From contig JACQJH010000001.1 of the NCBI GenBank assembly GCA_016205145.1, positions 90,001-122,000 of the forward strand: a stretch of DNA of 32,000 bases, in the 5' to 3' direction. The notes below the pieces were generated by a model. The model was given only the letters and a program-made list of their open reading frames with translations, had not been told where the DNA came from and did no database searches. Origin of the DNA: Candidatus Iainarchaeum sp. Lineage in GTDB: Archaea; Iainarchaeota; Iainarchaeia; Iainarchaeales; JACQJH01. The stretch's first letter is position 1. Each line of letters opens with the position of its first letter. This document shows positions 1 through 8,408 of the stretch, piece by piece. Made by a program: the position numbers and the translations under genes.

Positions 1-196
1 GCACGAATTCAATGTCCGAAATGCCGGTTTCTTCCATGACTTCGCGCCGGATGGTCTGCTCCTCGGTTTCGTTTGCCTCGACATGGCCTTTTGGGAAATC
101 CCAGTGGCCCTTGATGTAATGCAGGAGCAGGAACAGTGTTTCGCCTTTCGCGCCTTTCCTGAAAACCACGGCGCCGGCAGACTTTTCCTTGGGCAT
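1..196 (-). CDS. Nudix hydrolase (Ap4A-hydrolase-like); N-terminal 65 codons only, gene runs off the window start
   Basis: Reverse translation from the ATG at 196-194 gives MPKEKSAGAVVFRKGAKGETLFLLLHYIKGHWDFPKGHVEANETEEQTIRREVMEETGISDIEFV. GHVEANETEEQTIRREVMEETGI is a complete Nudix box (GX5EX7REUXEEXGU). It is absent from the ORF track because the window edge truncates it. Confidence 0.8.
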   Translation of the reverse strand, partial: MPKEKSAGAVVFRKGAKGETLFLLLHYIKGHWDFPKGHVEANETEEQTIRREVMEETGISDIEFV

Positions 197-327
197 GACA
201 GACAAAGAAAGCGAAATTGTTTTAAGCGACAACGCCCTTCGATTTTTTTTTTGGATTTATCTGATGAGGGAATGCCGCGCAAGGTCCGGATGGGCGCGTT
301 TATTAACTTCAGCGCGGTTATTTTTTT

Positions 328-666
328 ATGCGAAAGAGGCCTTCCAGGAATGCGCCAAGGCCGGTGAGGCGCCCCAAGGGTGTTGGGGCTGTCGGTTTTG
401 GAAGGCGCCGCATACTGGCAGACGCGGCTCAGGAAAACAGGCCGCTCCTGCAGGGTTATGACCTGCGGGAACCGCCAGTGGAATTGATATCAGCTTTTAG
501 AACGCTTTATGACCTGCATCGCAAGGAATATGACGGTCTTATGGCCGACCCTTCGCTGCACCAGCTCTTTGACTTTTATCTCGGCCAGGGCTTGAATCCG
601 GGGCAGGCTGCAAGAAAGGCGCTCGGATGGAAGCGGAAAACTTCCGGGGCGGCGGCCGTCAAATGA
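328..666 (+). CDS. hypothetical small protein (doubtful, start uncertain)
   Basis: ORF-track ORF. Only the C-terminal ~65 aa look protein-like (ELISAFRTLYDLHRKEYDGLMADPSLHQLFDFYLGQGLNPGQ). The N-terminal third is Arg/Pro-rich. It overlaps the convergent 659-1345 gene by 8 nt. No family recognised. Confidence 0.2.
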   Translation: MRKRPSRNAPRPVRRPKGVGAVGFGRRRILADAAQENRPLLQGYDLREPPVELISAFRTLYDLHRKEYDGLMADPSLHQLFDFYLGQGLNPGQAARKALGWKRKTSGAAAVK

Positions 667-1345
667 ACTGCTCATAATTCTTGCTGTTGAACTTGTACAG
701 GAAGCCCTTTATTTTGGCCCCGTTGCACGAGTATTCCGCCAAAACCTTTTCCTTTTCGCCGGAAAATTTTTCGAATTCGTGTTTCTGGCTCGGGTCGAAC
801 AAAAAGAATTTTCCGCTGATTTCGGTTATGGCGAACGCATGCGTTTCAAGGTTGTCCAGTTCCGCGATTACGACTTCGGCTTTTTCGTCGCCCAGGCCTG
901 CAAGCAGCGAACACAGGAACACTGCGAGGTCCTCGTCGTCGCCGAGCCTTTCAGACATTATTTCCGCGGGGGTCAGCCAGTAGTTGAGGCTCAGCTTTGG
1001 ACTGACAAATCTTATTTCGCTGCACACGAATGCGAACGCCTTTTTCGCGGCTTCGGCGTAATTTTTTTCGAATTCGAAGCCTTCGGGCTTTATCTGTTCG
1101 AGCGCGGACTGGATTGTCAGGTCATCGCCTGAAACCATGGACTTGATTTCGCCGATTGTGCGCTTTTCCCTTTCGTTGATGATGTCCGCGTATTTTTCAA
1201 GCAGCATGCGGAAAAGCCTCAGCTCGAGTTTTTCCATTGGGTCCGCGTTTTCCTGTCCGGTGTTTGGCGGGGCAGTTTCCGCTTTTTTCGCGGTTTCCGC
1301 ATCCGCGGCGCTTTCCGATAGCTTTGTCTGCTTTTCAACGGGCAT
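659..1345 (-). CDS. transglutaminase-like (papain-fold) domain protein, function unknown
   Basis: 228 aa. The C-terminal half has Cys, His and Asp in the order and spacing of the transglutaminase-like core: DLAVFLCSLLAGLG ... ETHAFAI ... FFLFDP. The N-terminus is acidic and low-complexity. Last gene of a same-strand run with coaE and coaD. Family call rests on motif recall only. Confidence 0.5.
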   Translation of the reverse strand: MPVEKQTKLSESAADAETAKKAETAPPNTGQENADPMEKLELRLFRMLLEKYADIINEREKRTIGEIKSMVSGDDLTIQSALEQIKPEGFEFEKNYAEAAKKAFAFVCSEIRFVSPKLSLNYWLTPAEIMSERLGDDEDLAVFLCSLLAGLGDEKAEVVIAELDNLETHAFAITEISGKFFLFDPSQKHEFEKFSGEKEKVLAEYSCNGAKIKGFLYKFNSKNYEQFI

Positions 1346-1430
1346 ACAAATGAAAGCCGTAGAAAATGCTTTTTAAGCAATGGAAATTGCAAGGCAGACG
1401 CTTTTTTCGTCAGTTGACGTGGCATGCAGT

Positions 1431-1910
1431 TCATGCCAGTTTTTTCTTGAGCCTTTTTTCAACGCCTTCCGGCACGAAGCCTGAAACGCTGCCCTTGAGT
1501 TTGGCGATTTCCTTGACGGTGCTTGAGCTCAGGTAAAAGTATTCCGCGCTTGTGACAATGAAAACCGTTTCGGTCTGCGGCGACAGCTGCCTGTTCACTG
1601 TCGCCTGCTGGAATTCGAATTCGAAATCCGAGAGTTCGCGCATTCCCCTCAGTATTACAGAGCATTTTTTTGCCCTCACATAGTCTACGAGCAGGCCTTT
1701 GAAGGAATCGACTTCTATGTCCAGGCCTTTCGCCGCGTTCTGAATCATTTCCTTTCTTTCCTGGACCGAAAAAAGCGGTTTCTTGTTCGGGTTGTCGGTC
1801 ACTGCAACGATTATTTTGTCGAAAATCTTGAGGCCGCGTTTTATGACATCAAGGTGCCCGAGTGTTATCGGATCAAAGGTTCCGGGATAGACCGCGGTTT
1901 TTTCAGACAT
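1431..1910 (-). CDS. coaD: phosphopantetheine adenylyltransferase, bacterial type
   Basis: 159 aa, collinear with bacterial PPAT: AVYPGTFDPITLGHLDVIKRG (nucleotidyltransferase T/HxGH motif), ILRGMRELSDFEFEFQ, YLSSSTVKEIA. Its start overlaps the coaE stop by 8 nt (AATGTCTGA). Confidence 0.9.
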   Translation of the reverse strand: MSEKTAVYPGTFDPITLGHLDVIKRGLKIFDKIIVAVTDNPNKKPLFSVQERKEMIQNAAKGLDIEVDSFKGLLVDYVRAKKCSVILRGMRELSDFEFEFQQATVNRQLSPQTETVFIVTSAEYFYLSSSTVKEIAKLKGSVSGFVPEGVEKRLKKKLA

Positions 1911-2475
1911 TTTTTATTCCCGCCTTTTCAAGGAATCTGCGCACCCCGGCTTCCAGGCTTTTTTCCGCGCCCGCATTATTTATGCTGAAATCCGCCTTTT
2001 TAACCTTCTGTGAAAGCGGCATCTGCGCCCTGACGCGCTGGAGGGCCTGCTTTTCCGTCAGGCCTTTTTTTTCCAGCCTCGCGACCTGCTGGGTTTGCCT
2101 GCAGTAGACCGCAACGCTTTTGGAGAAGCAGTTTTCAAGCCTTGCCTCGAAAAGCAGTGGAACGTCGACAAAGATTATGGCGCATTTCCTGCGTTCCAGG
2201 GCGGAAAATTTTTTGAGCAGTTCCCTGAGCACGAGCGGGTGGAGTATGCGTTCAAGCCTTTCCCTCGCCTTTGCGTCGGAAAAGATTTTTTCGGCCAGCT
2301 TTTTCCTGTCATTCGAGCCGAACTCTTTTTTCACGCGCTTTTTGACTTCCGGCTTTTTGTGCAGCTGCGCGACTATTTCGTCGCAGTCAACGGTTTCAAA
2401 GCCCCTGCGTTGCAGGATTTTGAGTACGGTCGACTTGCCGCACGCTATGCCGCCCGTCAGCGCGATTGTCTGCAT
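1903..2475 (-). CDS. coaE: dephospho-CoA kinase, bacterial/eukaryotic type
   Basis: 190 aa. P-loop IALTGGIACGKST, followed by DCDEIV, ILHPLV and FVDVPLLFE in the order seen in CoaE. Confidence 0.85.
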   Translation of the reverse strand: MQTIALTGGIACGKSTVLKILQRRGFETVDCDEIVAQLHKKPEVKKRVKKEFGSNDRKKLAEKIFSDAKARERLERILHPLVLRELLKKFSALERRKCAIIFVDVPLLFEARLENCFSKSVAVYCRQTQQVARLEKKGLTEKQALQRVRAQMPLSQKVKKADFSINNAGAEKSLEAGVRRFLEKAGIKNV

Positions 2476-2510
2476 GCAAGAATTGTTTTTGCGGAAAAAA
2501 GAAAAAGGCG

Positions 2511-3830
2511 CTAGTCGGAGGAAATGACGACTTCCTTTCCGCTGATTTTTTTGGCAATCGCCTGAAGGCTTTCACGCTTTTGCTCAACCGATGATTTGAG
2601 CCTGAACTGCTCTGACTTGAGCTGGGCCAGTCCATTGGTGGTTTTGGCGATGTCCTTTTCGTGGTCTGAGGCCTTTCTTTCGGCGTAAGCCATTTCCCTG
2701 GCTGTTTCGCTGTCGTTCAACTGCTTTTCCGCGGCTGCAAGCCCGACTTTCAGCCTGTTCATTTCCCAGAAAATGTTTTCGAAAAAATCGAATGCTTCAA
2801 GCTGCCTCAGTTCAAGCAGCCTCTTCTCCTTTTCCGCTTCGGCCTTGAACGAAATGCTTCCCTCTTCTATGGATTTCCTTGCCTGTGCGGCTATTTTTTT
2901 GAGGTGCTCGCCTTTCGGGTCGCGCTGCAAGGCATTGAAGGGCCTGGCCACGTACATTTCCGCGAGTTCAAGCATTTCGCCCGCAAGCAAATGCTTTGCC
3001 TTCGCGAGCTTTGTGAATTTGCGCAAAGGCTTTTCAGCGGAAAGAATTTTTGCCGTAGCCTTTTCTTTGAGCGCTTCCATTCCCGCTTCGAGCTCCGCTT
3101 TCTTTTCCCTCACTGATGCCAGGGCGGAGAACTCCTCCGACTTTTGCAGGGCATTCACTTTCGCGAGGTTTTCGGAGTGCGAGTCCTCGATTTCCTTCAG
3201 TTCAATCATAAGCTTCTGCTGCTGCGCAATGCTTTCCCTGTGGCTTTGTTCGGCCGAGAGCAGGTCTTCAACGGCTTTTTTCGCGCTTCCAGCCAGAAAA
3301 ACGTTTTCATTTTTAGCGAACTCCGCGTTCAGGCCTGAAAAAATGTCCTGCAGTTCCGCGACGTGCGAGCCGATTTCCTTGAGCTCGTCCTTCAGGTAAA
3401 CAGTCGAATACGCTATGTTCTTGCCCGCCGAAAAAATCTCCCGGTTCACAAGGCTGAATGATTCGCGCGAGTATGCCGCGGCTTCCTCCATGGAATAGAT
3501 TTTGGGCGGCTCAAGCCTTTTGGCGAGGCTCCCGATTTTTGCCATTGCGAGCCTGCTGCTCGTCGAAACGATTTTTTTGAGCTGTTCGTTCTGTTTTTCC
3601 TCGAGTGAAACAGACTTTGCGCCCTCGACGCCCGATTCAATGGCCCTGAGCAGGTGCTTTATCTCCGCGAAACGCATGGCGACTCTTTTTTGCAGTTCTT
3701 CTTTGCGCGGCGCGGTTTCGCTTTCAAGGAATTCAGCAACGTCCCCTGCTTTCAGCGAAACTTTCTTTTCTGCAGGAGTTTCCCCCGCCCTGCCCCTGAA
3801 CAGGCCTGAAAAAAAGTCCTTCAACGCCAT
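2511..3830 (-). CDS. long coiled-coil protein of unknown function
   Basis: 439 aa, rich in E/K/A/L with heptad-like stretches throughout. The N-terminus MALKDFFSGLFRGR looks amphipathic. First gene of the minus-strand run 3830->659. No family recognised. Confidence 0.6.
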   Translation of the reverse strand: MALKDFFSGLFRGRAGETPAEKKVSLKAGDVAEFLESETAPRKEELQKRVAMRFAEIKHLLRAIESGVEGAKSVSLEEKQNEQLKKIVSTSSRLAMAKIGSLAKRLEPPKIYSMEEAAAYSRESFSLVNREIFSAGKNIAYSTVYLKDELKEIGSHVAELQDIFSGLNAEFAKNENVFLAGSAKKAVEDLLSAEQSHRESIAQQQKLMIELKEIEDSHSENLAKVNALQKSEEFSALASVREKKAELEAGMEALKEKATAKILSAEKPLRKFTKLAKAKHLLAGEMLELAEMYVARPFNALQRDPKGEHLKKIAAQARKSIEEGSISFKAEAEKEKRLLELRQLEAFDFFENIFWEMNRLKVGLAAAEKQLNDSETAREMAYAERKASDHEKDIAKTTNGLAQLKSEQFRLKSSVEQKRESLQAIAKKISGKEVVISSD

Positions 3831-3855
3831 TCAAACCGAGGCAATTGTGCGGGAA

Positions 3856-3870
3856 AGGTTTTGAAAACCT
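3856..3870. promoter_or_regulatory. 15-bp palindrome AGGTTTTGAAAACCT in a divergent intergenic region
   Basis: aggtttt-g-aaaacct is a perfect palindrome centred ~33 nt upstream of the minus-strand ATG at 3830. It could be the TATA/BRE region or a regulator site for the coiled-coil/coaE/coaD operon. Confidence 0.3.
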
Positions 3871-3918
3871 ATTCTTCCTAAAACGCTTTTCTTTCACCGG
3901 CAGCCCGCCCGCCAAACC

Positions 3919-3928
3919 ATTAAAATAA
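3919..3928 (+). promoter_or_regulatory. TATA-like box for the RecJ-like gene (leaderless geometry)
   Basis: attaaaataa is centred ~26 nt upstream of ATG 3950, and no Shine-Dalgarno sequence lies between them. Confidence 0.45.
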
Positions 3929-3949
3929 CGCCTTTGCAGGAATGTTTTC

Positions 3950-5425
3950 ATGCCTGGAAACGCCAATGATAATGCCTTGACCCAGGTGCACAGCCCGCCC
4001 GCGCGCGATTTCAATGCGATGCAGTCGCGCCTTTCGGCAATGTCCGTGGAAGTGAAAAAGTGGAAGGAATGCGTTGTAGTGCACCACCATGACGCCGACG
4101 GGATTTCAGCAGGCTCGATTGCTGTGCAGGCCCTGCTGCGCAAAGGCATTGCAGTGAAGCACAAGGCGATAAAGCAGTTGTACAGGGAAGACTTTGAAAT
4201 GCTCCTCGCATTGGGCGAAAACTTTGTCTTTGTCGACTTCGGTTCCGGCCAGCTCTCGGATTTGAAAAAACATTTTCCGGAAAATTTTCTAGTTTTGGAC
4301 CATCATGCGCCGCAGGAAGACGAAAGCGGCAGGATTGTCGAACACGCATTCCATGCAAACCCCCTGCTTTTCGGCTTTGACGGCGGAAACGAGCTGTCGG
4401 GGGCGGGCATGGCGTACATTTTTGCGAAAACGCTTGATGCAAACAACAATGATTTGGCGGCATTGGCTGTTGTCGGGGCTGTGGGAGACATGCAGGACCT
4501 CGCATCCGGAAAGCTTGTCGGCCTGAATTCGGAAATCGTTTTGAAGGATGCGGTCGAAGCAGGCGTTCTTGGAGTGAAAAACGATTTGCGCCTGTACGGA
4601 AGGATTTCAAGGCCCCTGGTGCAGATGCTGTTGTTTTCAACCTCGCCCGTGTTGCCCGACCTCACTGCGCGCGAGGAGAACTGCAAGTCGTTCCTGCACG
4701 GCGCGGGCATCACCCTGTCGGATGAACACAATGCTTTCAGGAGCTATGAGGATTTGGCCATTGAGGAAAAGAAAAGGCTTTCAACAGCGCTTGTATTGCA
4801 CATGAATTCCTTCAATGTTCCCGAGTGGAAGATCCAGGAATTGTTCGGCGAAGTCTACACGCTTTTGCATGAAGGCAGAAAAAGCCCTCTGCGCGACGCA
4901 AAAGAATTTTCGACATTGCTGAACGCAGTCGGAAGGCACGGCGAACCCGATCTTGGCCTGGCCGTCTGCCTCGGGAACCGTGAAGAAGCGTATGGCAATG
5001 CGCTTGCATTGCTTGCCGAGCACCGCAGGCAACTCGCGCAAGGAATCGAGCTTGTTTCCGGAAACGGTCTGCAGGAATTCGAATCGTTTTATTTTTTTGA
5101 CGCGGGCGAAAAAATCAGGGACTCGATTGTCGGCATCGTTGCAGGCATGCTTTATTCAAGCGGAATCATCGGCACAGACAGGCCGATAATCGCGATGGCA
5201 AGGTATGACGACGGCACAATCAAGGTGAGCGCGCGCGCAACCAAAGACCTGGTGAGAAAAGGCCTGCATCTCGGAAAGGCTTTGCGAAGCGTCTGCGACA
5301 AATTGGGGGGCATTGCCGAAGGAGGGGGGCATGCGATTGCGGCAGGCTGCAAGATCGGGGAAAACGAAAAGGAAAGGTTTCTTGAACTGATGAATGAAGA
5401 GGTAAAGAATTATTTACGCGGCTGA
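3950..5425 (+). CDS. DHH-family phosphoesterase, archaeal RecJ/GAN-like nuclease
   Basis: 491 aa. DHH motifs occur in order: VVVHHHDADGISAG (I), FVDFGSG (II), LVLDHH (III), and GGGHAIAAG (DHHA1-type GGGH). Confidence 0.8.
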   Translation: MPGNANDNALTQVHSPPARDFNAMQSRLSAMSVEVKKWKECVVVHHHDADGISAGSIAVQALLRKGIAVKHKAIKQLYREDFEMLLALGENFVFVDFGSGQLSDLKKHFPENFLVLDHHAPQEDESGRIVEHAFHANPLLFGFDGGNELSGAGMAYIFAKTLDANNNDLAALAVVGAVGDMQDLASGKLVGLNSEIVLKDAVEAGVLGVKNDLRLYGRISRPLVQMLLFSTSPVLPDLTAREENCKSFLHGAGITLSDEHNAFRSYEDLAIEEKKRLSTALVLHMNSFNVPEWKIQELFGEVYTLLHEGRKSPLRDAKEFSTLLNAVGRHGEPDLGLAVCLGNREEAYGNALALLAEHRRQLAQGIELVSGNGLQEFESFYFFDAGEKIRDSIVGIVAGMLYSSGIIGTDRPIIAMARYDDGTIKVSARATKDLVRKGLHLGKALRSVCDKLGGIAEGGGHAIAAGCKIGENEKERFLELMNEEVKNYLRG

Positions 5426-5444
5426 ACCTATACTTTTTTGTGAA

Positions 5445-6161
5445 ATGATGCCGCTGAGAATTTTGCGTGAAAGGCGTGTCCCGGAGGAACGGCTCAAGGC
5501 GTTCTGGTGCGATTATGACAAGGGAAAAAGGCGTTCCACGACAAGAAGCAGGAGCAATGATCCCCGTGAACTGCCAAAGGCGTGGTTCGACCAGACCGGC
5601 GAAAGAAAACACGAGCCCATGGCGGTTTCGCTTGCCCCGCCATTGCCCGGAAGGGTCAGGAGCTTTTACGGCCAATCGCATCTGACGGCTTATCTTGCCG
5701 CGGCGGAGTTCTGCAACAGCGTCGGGAAAACCGGCGATTTGAAGTTTGCGGTTTTGCAGCCAACCCACATTCTCGGCGTCGACAGGCCGAATTTCAGGCT
5801 TGTTGAAAGGGTTTTTCACGCGCCCACGGTGGACAACGTTTTGTCTAATTCCGGCGGAAGCCTTTCGGGCGTTTCATTGTATGGCAAGGCCTTCGAGGAC
5901 AAAATGAAACGGAAAGGATTCGGCCTTTCCGGCAGGGAAAACTTTGAGAAACTGCGGTCCGACGTCCGGCGCGCTTATTCCGAACTTCGTGAAGCGCTTG
6001 TCGGCACTTTTGTGATGAAGCACAAAGGCGACCCGACAGTATTCGACTTCAAGGAACACAATTTCCTGGTCTTGGATTATGCGCCGGAAACCGGAAAGGT
6101 TTTGCTGGCGGTCGTAGATTACCTCAGCGACACCGCATTTTTGGGCATTAACCCGTTTTGA
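5445..6161 (+). CDS. hypothetical protein (start uncertain)
   Basis: 238-aa ORF. The C-terminal ~150 aa look globular (FVMKHKGDPTVFDFKEHNFLVLDYAPETGKVLLAVVDYL). The N-terminal ~60 aa are basic and low-complexity, so the true start may be the internal Met near 5619. Overlaps the MFS gene 3' end by 14 nt. No family recognised. Confidence 0.4.
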   Translation: MMPLRILRERRVPEERLKAFWCDYDKGKRRSTTRSRSNDPRELPKAWFDQTGERKHEPMAVSLAPPLPGRVRSFYGQSHLTAYLAAAEFCNSVGKTGDLKFAVLQPTHILGVDRPNFRLVERVFHAPTVDNVLSNSGGSLSGVSLYGKAFEDKMKRKGFGLSGRENFEKLRSDVRRAYSELREALVGTFVMKHKGDPTVFDFKEHNFLVLDYAPETGKVLLAVVDYLSDTAFLGINPF

Positions 6162-7257
6162 TTTCAGGGCTGATTTTTTCCGCTATTACAAGTGAAACAA
6201 CCGAGCCTGCCGCCGCGAACAGGAAAACGCTTTGCATTCCGAAAGCCTGCGCTATCGCCCCGCCGAGCAGGGGGCCGATGATGAGAGCGAGGCTTTGTAT
6301 GCTTCCAAGCAGGCCGGTCGCGGTCGCCTTTTCCGCGTTGTTTTCGGATAAGTTTATGAGGCAGCCCACGAATAGCAGGCTGAAAGACGCGGCGATTATC
6401 ATCTGGATCGGGATGATGTGGAAGTAGTCTGATACGAAGCCGAGGGCGAGGAAAGCGATTGCGGTTGCAATCGTTCCCGCCTTGATGAGTTTCCTGCTGT
6501 CCGTTGAATGCTTTTCCGCATAGCCGCCTATCGCGTGCATGAGAATGAACTGCGTCAGGGGGTTGACCGCCCATATTATGCCGAGCCAGAAGTTGCTTGC
6601 GCCGAGGCTTTTGAAAAACAATGGATAGACGACCCAGACCGAGTTCGCGGAAGTGTGCCTAACGAGGAATGTGAGGTAAACGGGCCAGTTTTTTTTCAAC
6701 AGCTGTTTGGGAAATTTCGGCACCGACATTTTTTGCGACCCGATTTCGGGCAGGAACAGGGAAACGATGAACGCGAGGAAAAAGAACAAAGCGCTTGCAG
6801 TGAAAATCTGCCCGCTTCCGGCAAGGAACGCGAAGATTATTCCACCAAAAAACCAGCCGAAACTTCCCCAAGCCGAAATGCCTGAAAGAGATTTTCTGGC
6901 TTTTTCGTGCCTTGAAGCCGCGGCCATGAGGGGAAAGGAGAAAATGCCGACGGCAAGGCCGGCGAAAAAGCGGATGACTGCCATTGAATAAAAGTCTGTA
7001 ATGAACAATTGCGCCAGGAATGCGAGTGAACTGGCAAGCAGGCCGGCCTTGATGAACGTATCGCGCCTGCCGGAGATGTCCGACCACCTGCCGAAAGCGT
7101 AGTATGAAAGGAAACTGCCCAAACCGAAAGCCGTGCCCGCCAGGCCGATTTCAAACAGCGAGAGGCCCAGGTCTTTTCCGAACAACGGGATGAAAAGATA
7201 GCAGAGCGCGTAGGCAACGTATGCCAGGAAGTATGATGCGCGCAGCCGCTTGTCCAT
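6148..7257 (-). CDS. MFS transporter
   Basis: The track ORF runs to 7599, but that extension would cover the divergent promoter and gene. The first sensible Met is at 7257 (MDKRLRASYFLAYVAYALCYLF...). About 12 hydrophobic segments and an MFS motif-A-like GRWSDISGRRDTF. Confidence 0.8.
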   Translation of the reverse strand: MDKRLRASYFLAYVAYALCYLFIPLFGKDLGLSLFEIGLAGTAFGLGSFLSYYAFGRWSDISGRRDTFIKAGLLASSLAFLAQLFITDFYSMAVIRFFAGLAVGIFSFPLMAAASRHEKARKSLSGISAWGSFGWFFGGIIFAFLAGSGQIFTASALFFFLAFIVSLFLPEIGSQKMSVPKFPKQLLKKNWPVYLTFLVRHTSANSVWVVYPLFFKSLGASNFWLGIIWAVNPLTQFILMHAIGGYAEKHSTDSRKLIKAGTIATAIAFLALGFVSDYFHIIPIQMIIAASFSLLFVGCLINLSENNAEKATATGLLGSIQSLALIIGPLLGGAIAQAFGMQSVFLFAAAGSVVSLVIAEKISPEIKTG

Positions 7258-7280
7258 GAATTGCTTGCAGGGCGTTAACA

Positions 7281-7290
7281 ATTTAAAACA
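7281..7290. promoter_or_regulatory. single A/T box shared by two divergent, apparently leaderless genes
   Basis: atttaaaaca is the only A/T-rich element in the 54-nt spacer 7258-7311. Its centre lies ~26.5 nt from ATG 7312 (+) and ~28 nt from ATG 7257 (-). Confidence 0.45.
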
Positions 7291-7311
7291 CTTGCCGCAA
7301 TCTTTGTTTGC

Positions 7312-8370
7312 ATGTCCGTTGAAGACGCATTGAAGCAGAACAAGCCGAAAATCGACCGGGAACTTGAAAAAATTCTGCCGCGCAAAATCGGCAAAGCCTG
7401 GGTCGAATGGTTTCTGGGCAGAAGCGCCTACGACTGTGATTATGAAACACTGACAAAATCCGTTTCGGAACCGATTTGGGATTTTTTGGACCGCGGCGGG
7501 AAAAGATGGCGCCCTACCCTGATGCTCTGGAGCCTTGAAGCCGTGGGCGGAAAACCGGAACAATTCTACGAGTTCACGGCGATGCCCGAATTCATTCACA
7601 CTGGCACCATTGTCGCCGATGATTTGGAGGACAATTCAACCGAAAGAAGGGGAAAGCCCTGCATGCATCTCTTATACGGTCTTGACATAGCATTGAACGA
7701 TTCCAACATAATGTACTTTTTGCCTGCCGTGCTCTTGTACCGCAACAAAAAGCTTTCTCCGGGCCAGAAGGAAAAAATTTACGATTTGTTTGCCGAGGAA
7801 ATGATGCGCGTTTCCATCGGCCAGGCCATGGACATATACTGGCACAGGCACCAGTCAGTGAAAGTTTCAGAGGCGAACTACCTGCAGATGTGCGCCTACA
7901 AGACGGGTGTTTTGGCAAGGTTTTCAGCCAGGCTCGGCGCGATTCTCGGCAACGCTTCCGAAAAGCAGGTTGAAGCTTTGGGCAAGTTCGGCGAAAGCCT
8001 TGGAGTTGCCTTCCAGATACAGGATGACATTCTCAACCTGAAGCCGGAGTCCGGAGAGTGGGGCAAGGAAGTGGGCGACGACATCCAGGAAGGCAAGAAG
8101 ACTTTGCTTGTGATCCACGCCCTTGCAAACGCGCCCAGGGAAAAGGCAAAGCGCCTGGCGGAAATTCTTGAAAAGCACAGTTCCGGCAAAAAGGATATTG
8201 CAGAGGCCATTGCAATAATGGATGAAGCCGGCTCTTTCGCCTACGCGGCAAAAATGGCTCTCGGAATAGTCGAAAAAAGCTGGGCGGAAGCCGAAAAGGT
8301 TTTGCCTGAAAGCATGGCGAAGGGAAAACTGCGCGAGTTCGCGTTCTTTGCCGTGAAAAGAAAGGTATAA
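7312..8370 (+). CDS. trans-polyprenyl diphosphate synthase (probably geranylgeranyl diphosphate synthase)
   Basis: 352 aa. First and second Asp-rich motifs are IVADDLEDNSTERRGKP and FQIQDDILNL, and GKKTLL is also present. Product chain length cannot be read by eye. Confidence 0.85.
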   Translation: MSVEDALKQNKPKIDRELEKILPRKIGKAWVEWFLGRSAYDCDYETLTKSVSEPIWDFLDRGGKRWRPTLMLWSLEAVGGKPEQFYEFTAMPEFIHTGTIVADDLEDNSTERRGKPCMHLLYGLDIALNDSNIMYFLPAVLLYRNKKLSPGQKEKIYDLFAEEMMRVSIGQAMDIYWHRHQSVKVSEANYLQMCAYKTGVLARFSARLGAILGNASEKQVEALGKFGESLGVAFQIQDDILNLKPESGEWGKEVGDDIQEGKKTLLVIHALANAPREKAKRLAEILEKHSSGKKDIAEAIAIMDEAGSFAYAAKMALGIVEKSWAEAEKVLPESMAKGKLREFAFFAVKRKV

Positions 8371-8408
8371 AAACAACGGAGCCGTTTTTTGATTGAACGG
8401 TCTTTTTT

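Noticed and set aside
5560-5690. Possible SRP-RNA-like element (cccggaagggtcagg resembles the helix-8 GGAA loop context)
   Set aside because: I could not fold a consistent long helix with the conserved symmetric and asymmetric loops by eye. The region is spanned by an open reading frame. The evidence is too weak to call.
5220-5819. 199-aa minus-strand ORF overlapping the RecJ-like 3' end and the 5445-6161 ORF
   Set aside because: The translation is Arg/Pro/Cys-rich and lacks protein-like periodicity. It overlaps two better plus-strand ORFs, so I treat it as a shadow ORF.
7258-7599. N-terminal extension of the MFS ORF (track call 6148-7599)
   Set aside because: It would run through the divergent promoter and into the prenyltransferase gene. 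The extension is not hydrophobic or MFS-like. The Met at 7257 gives a normal 12-TM protein with TATA-box spacing.
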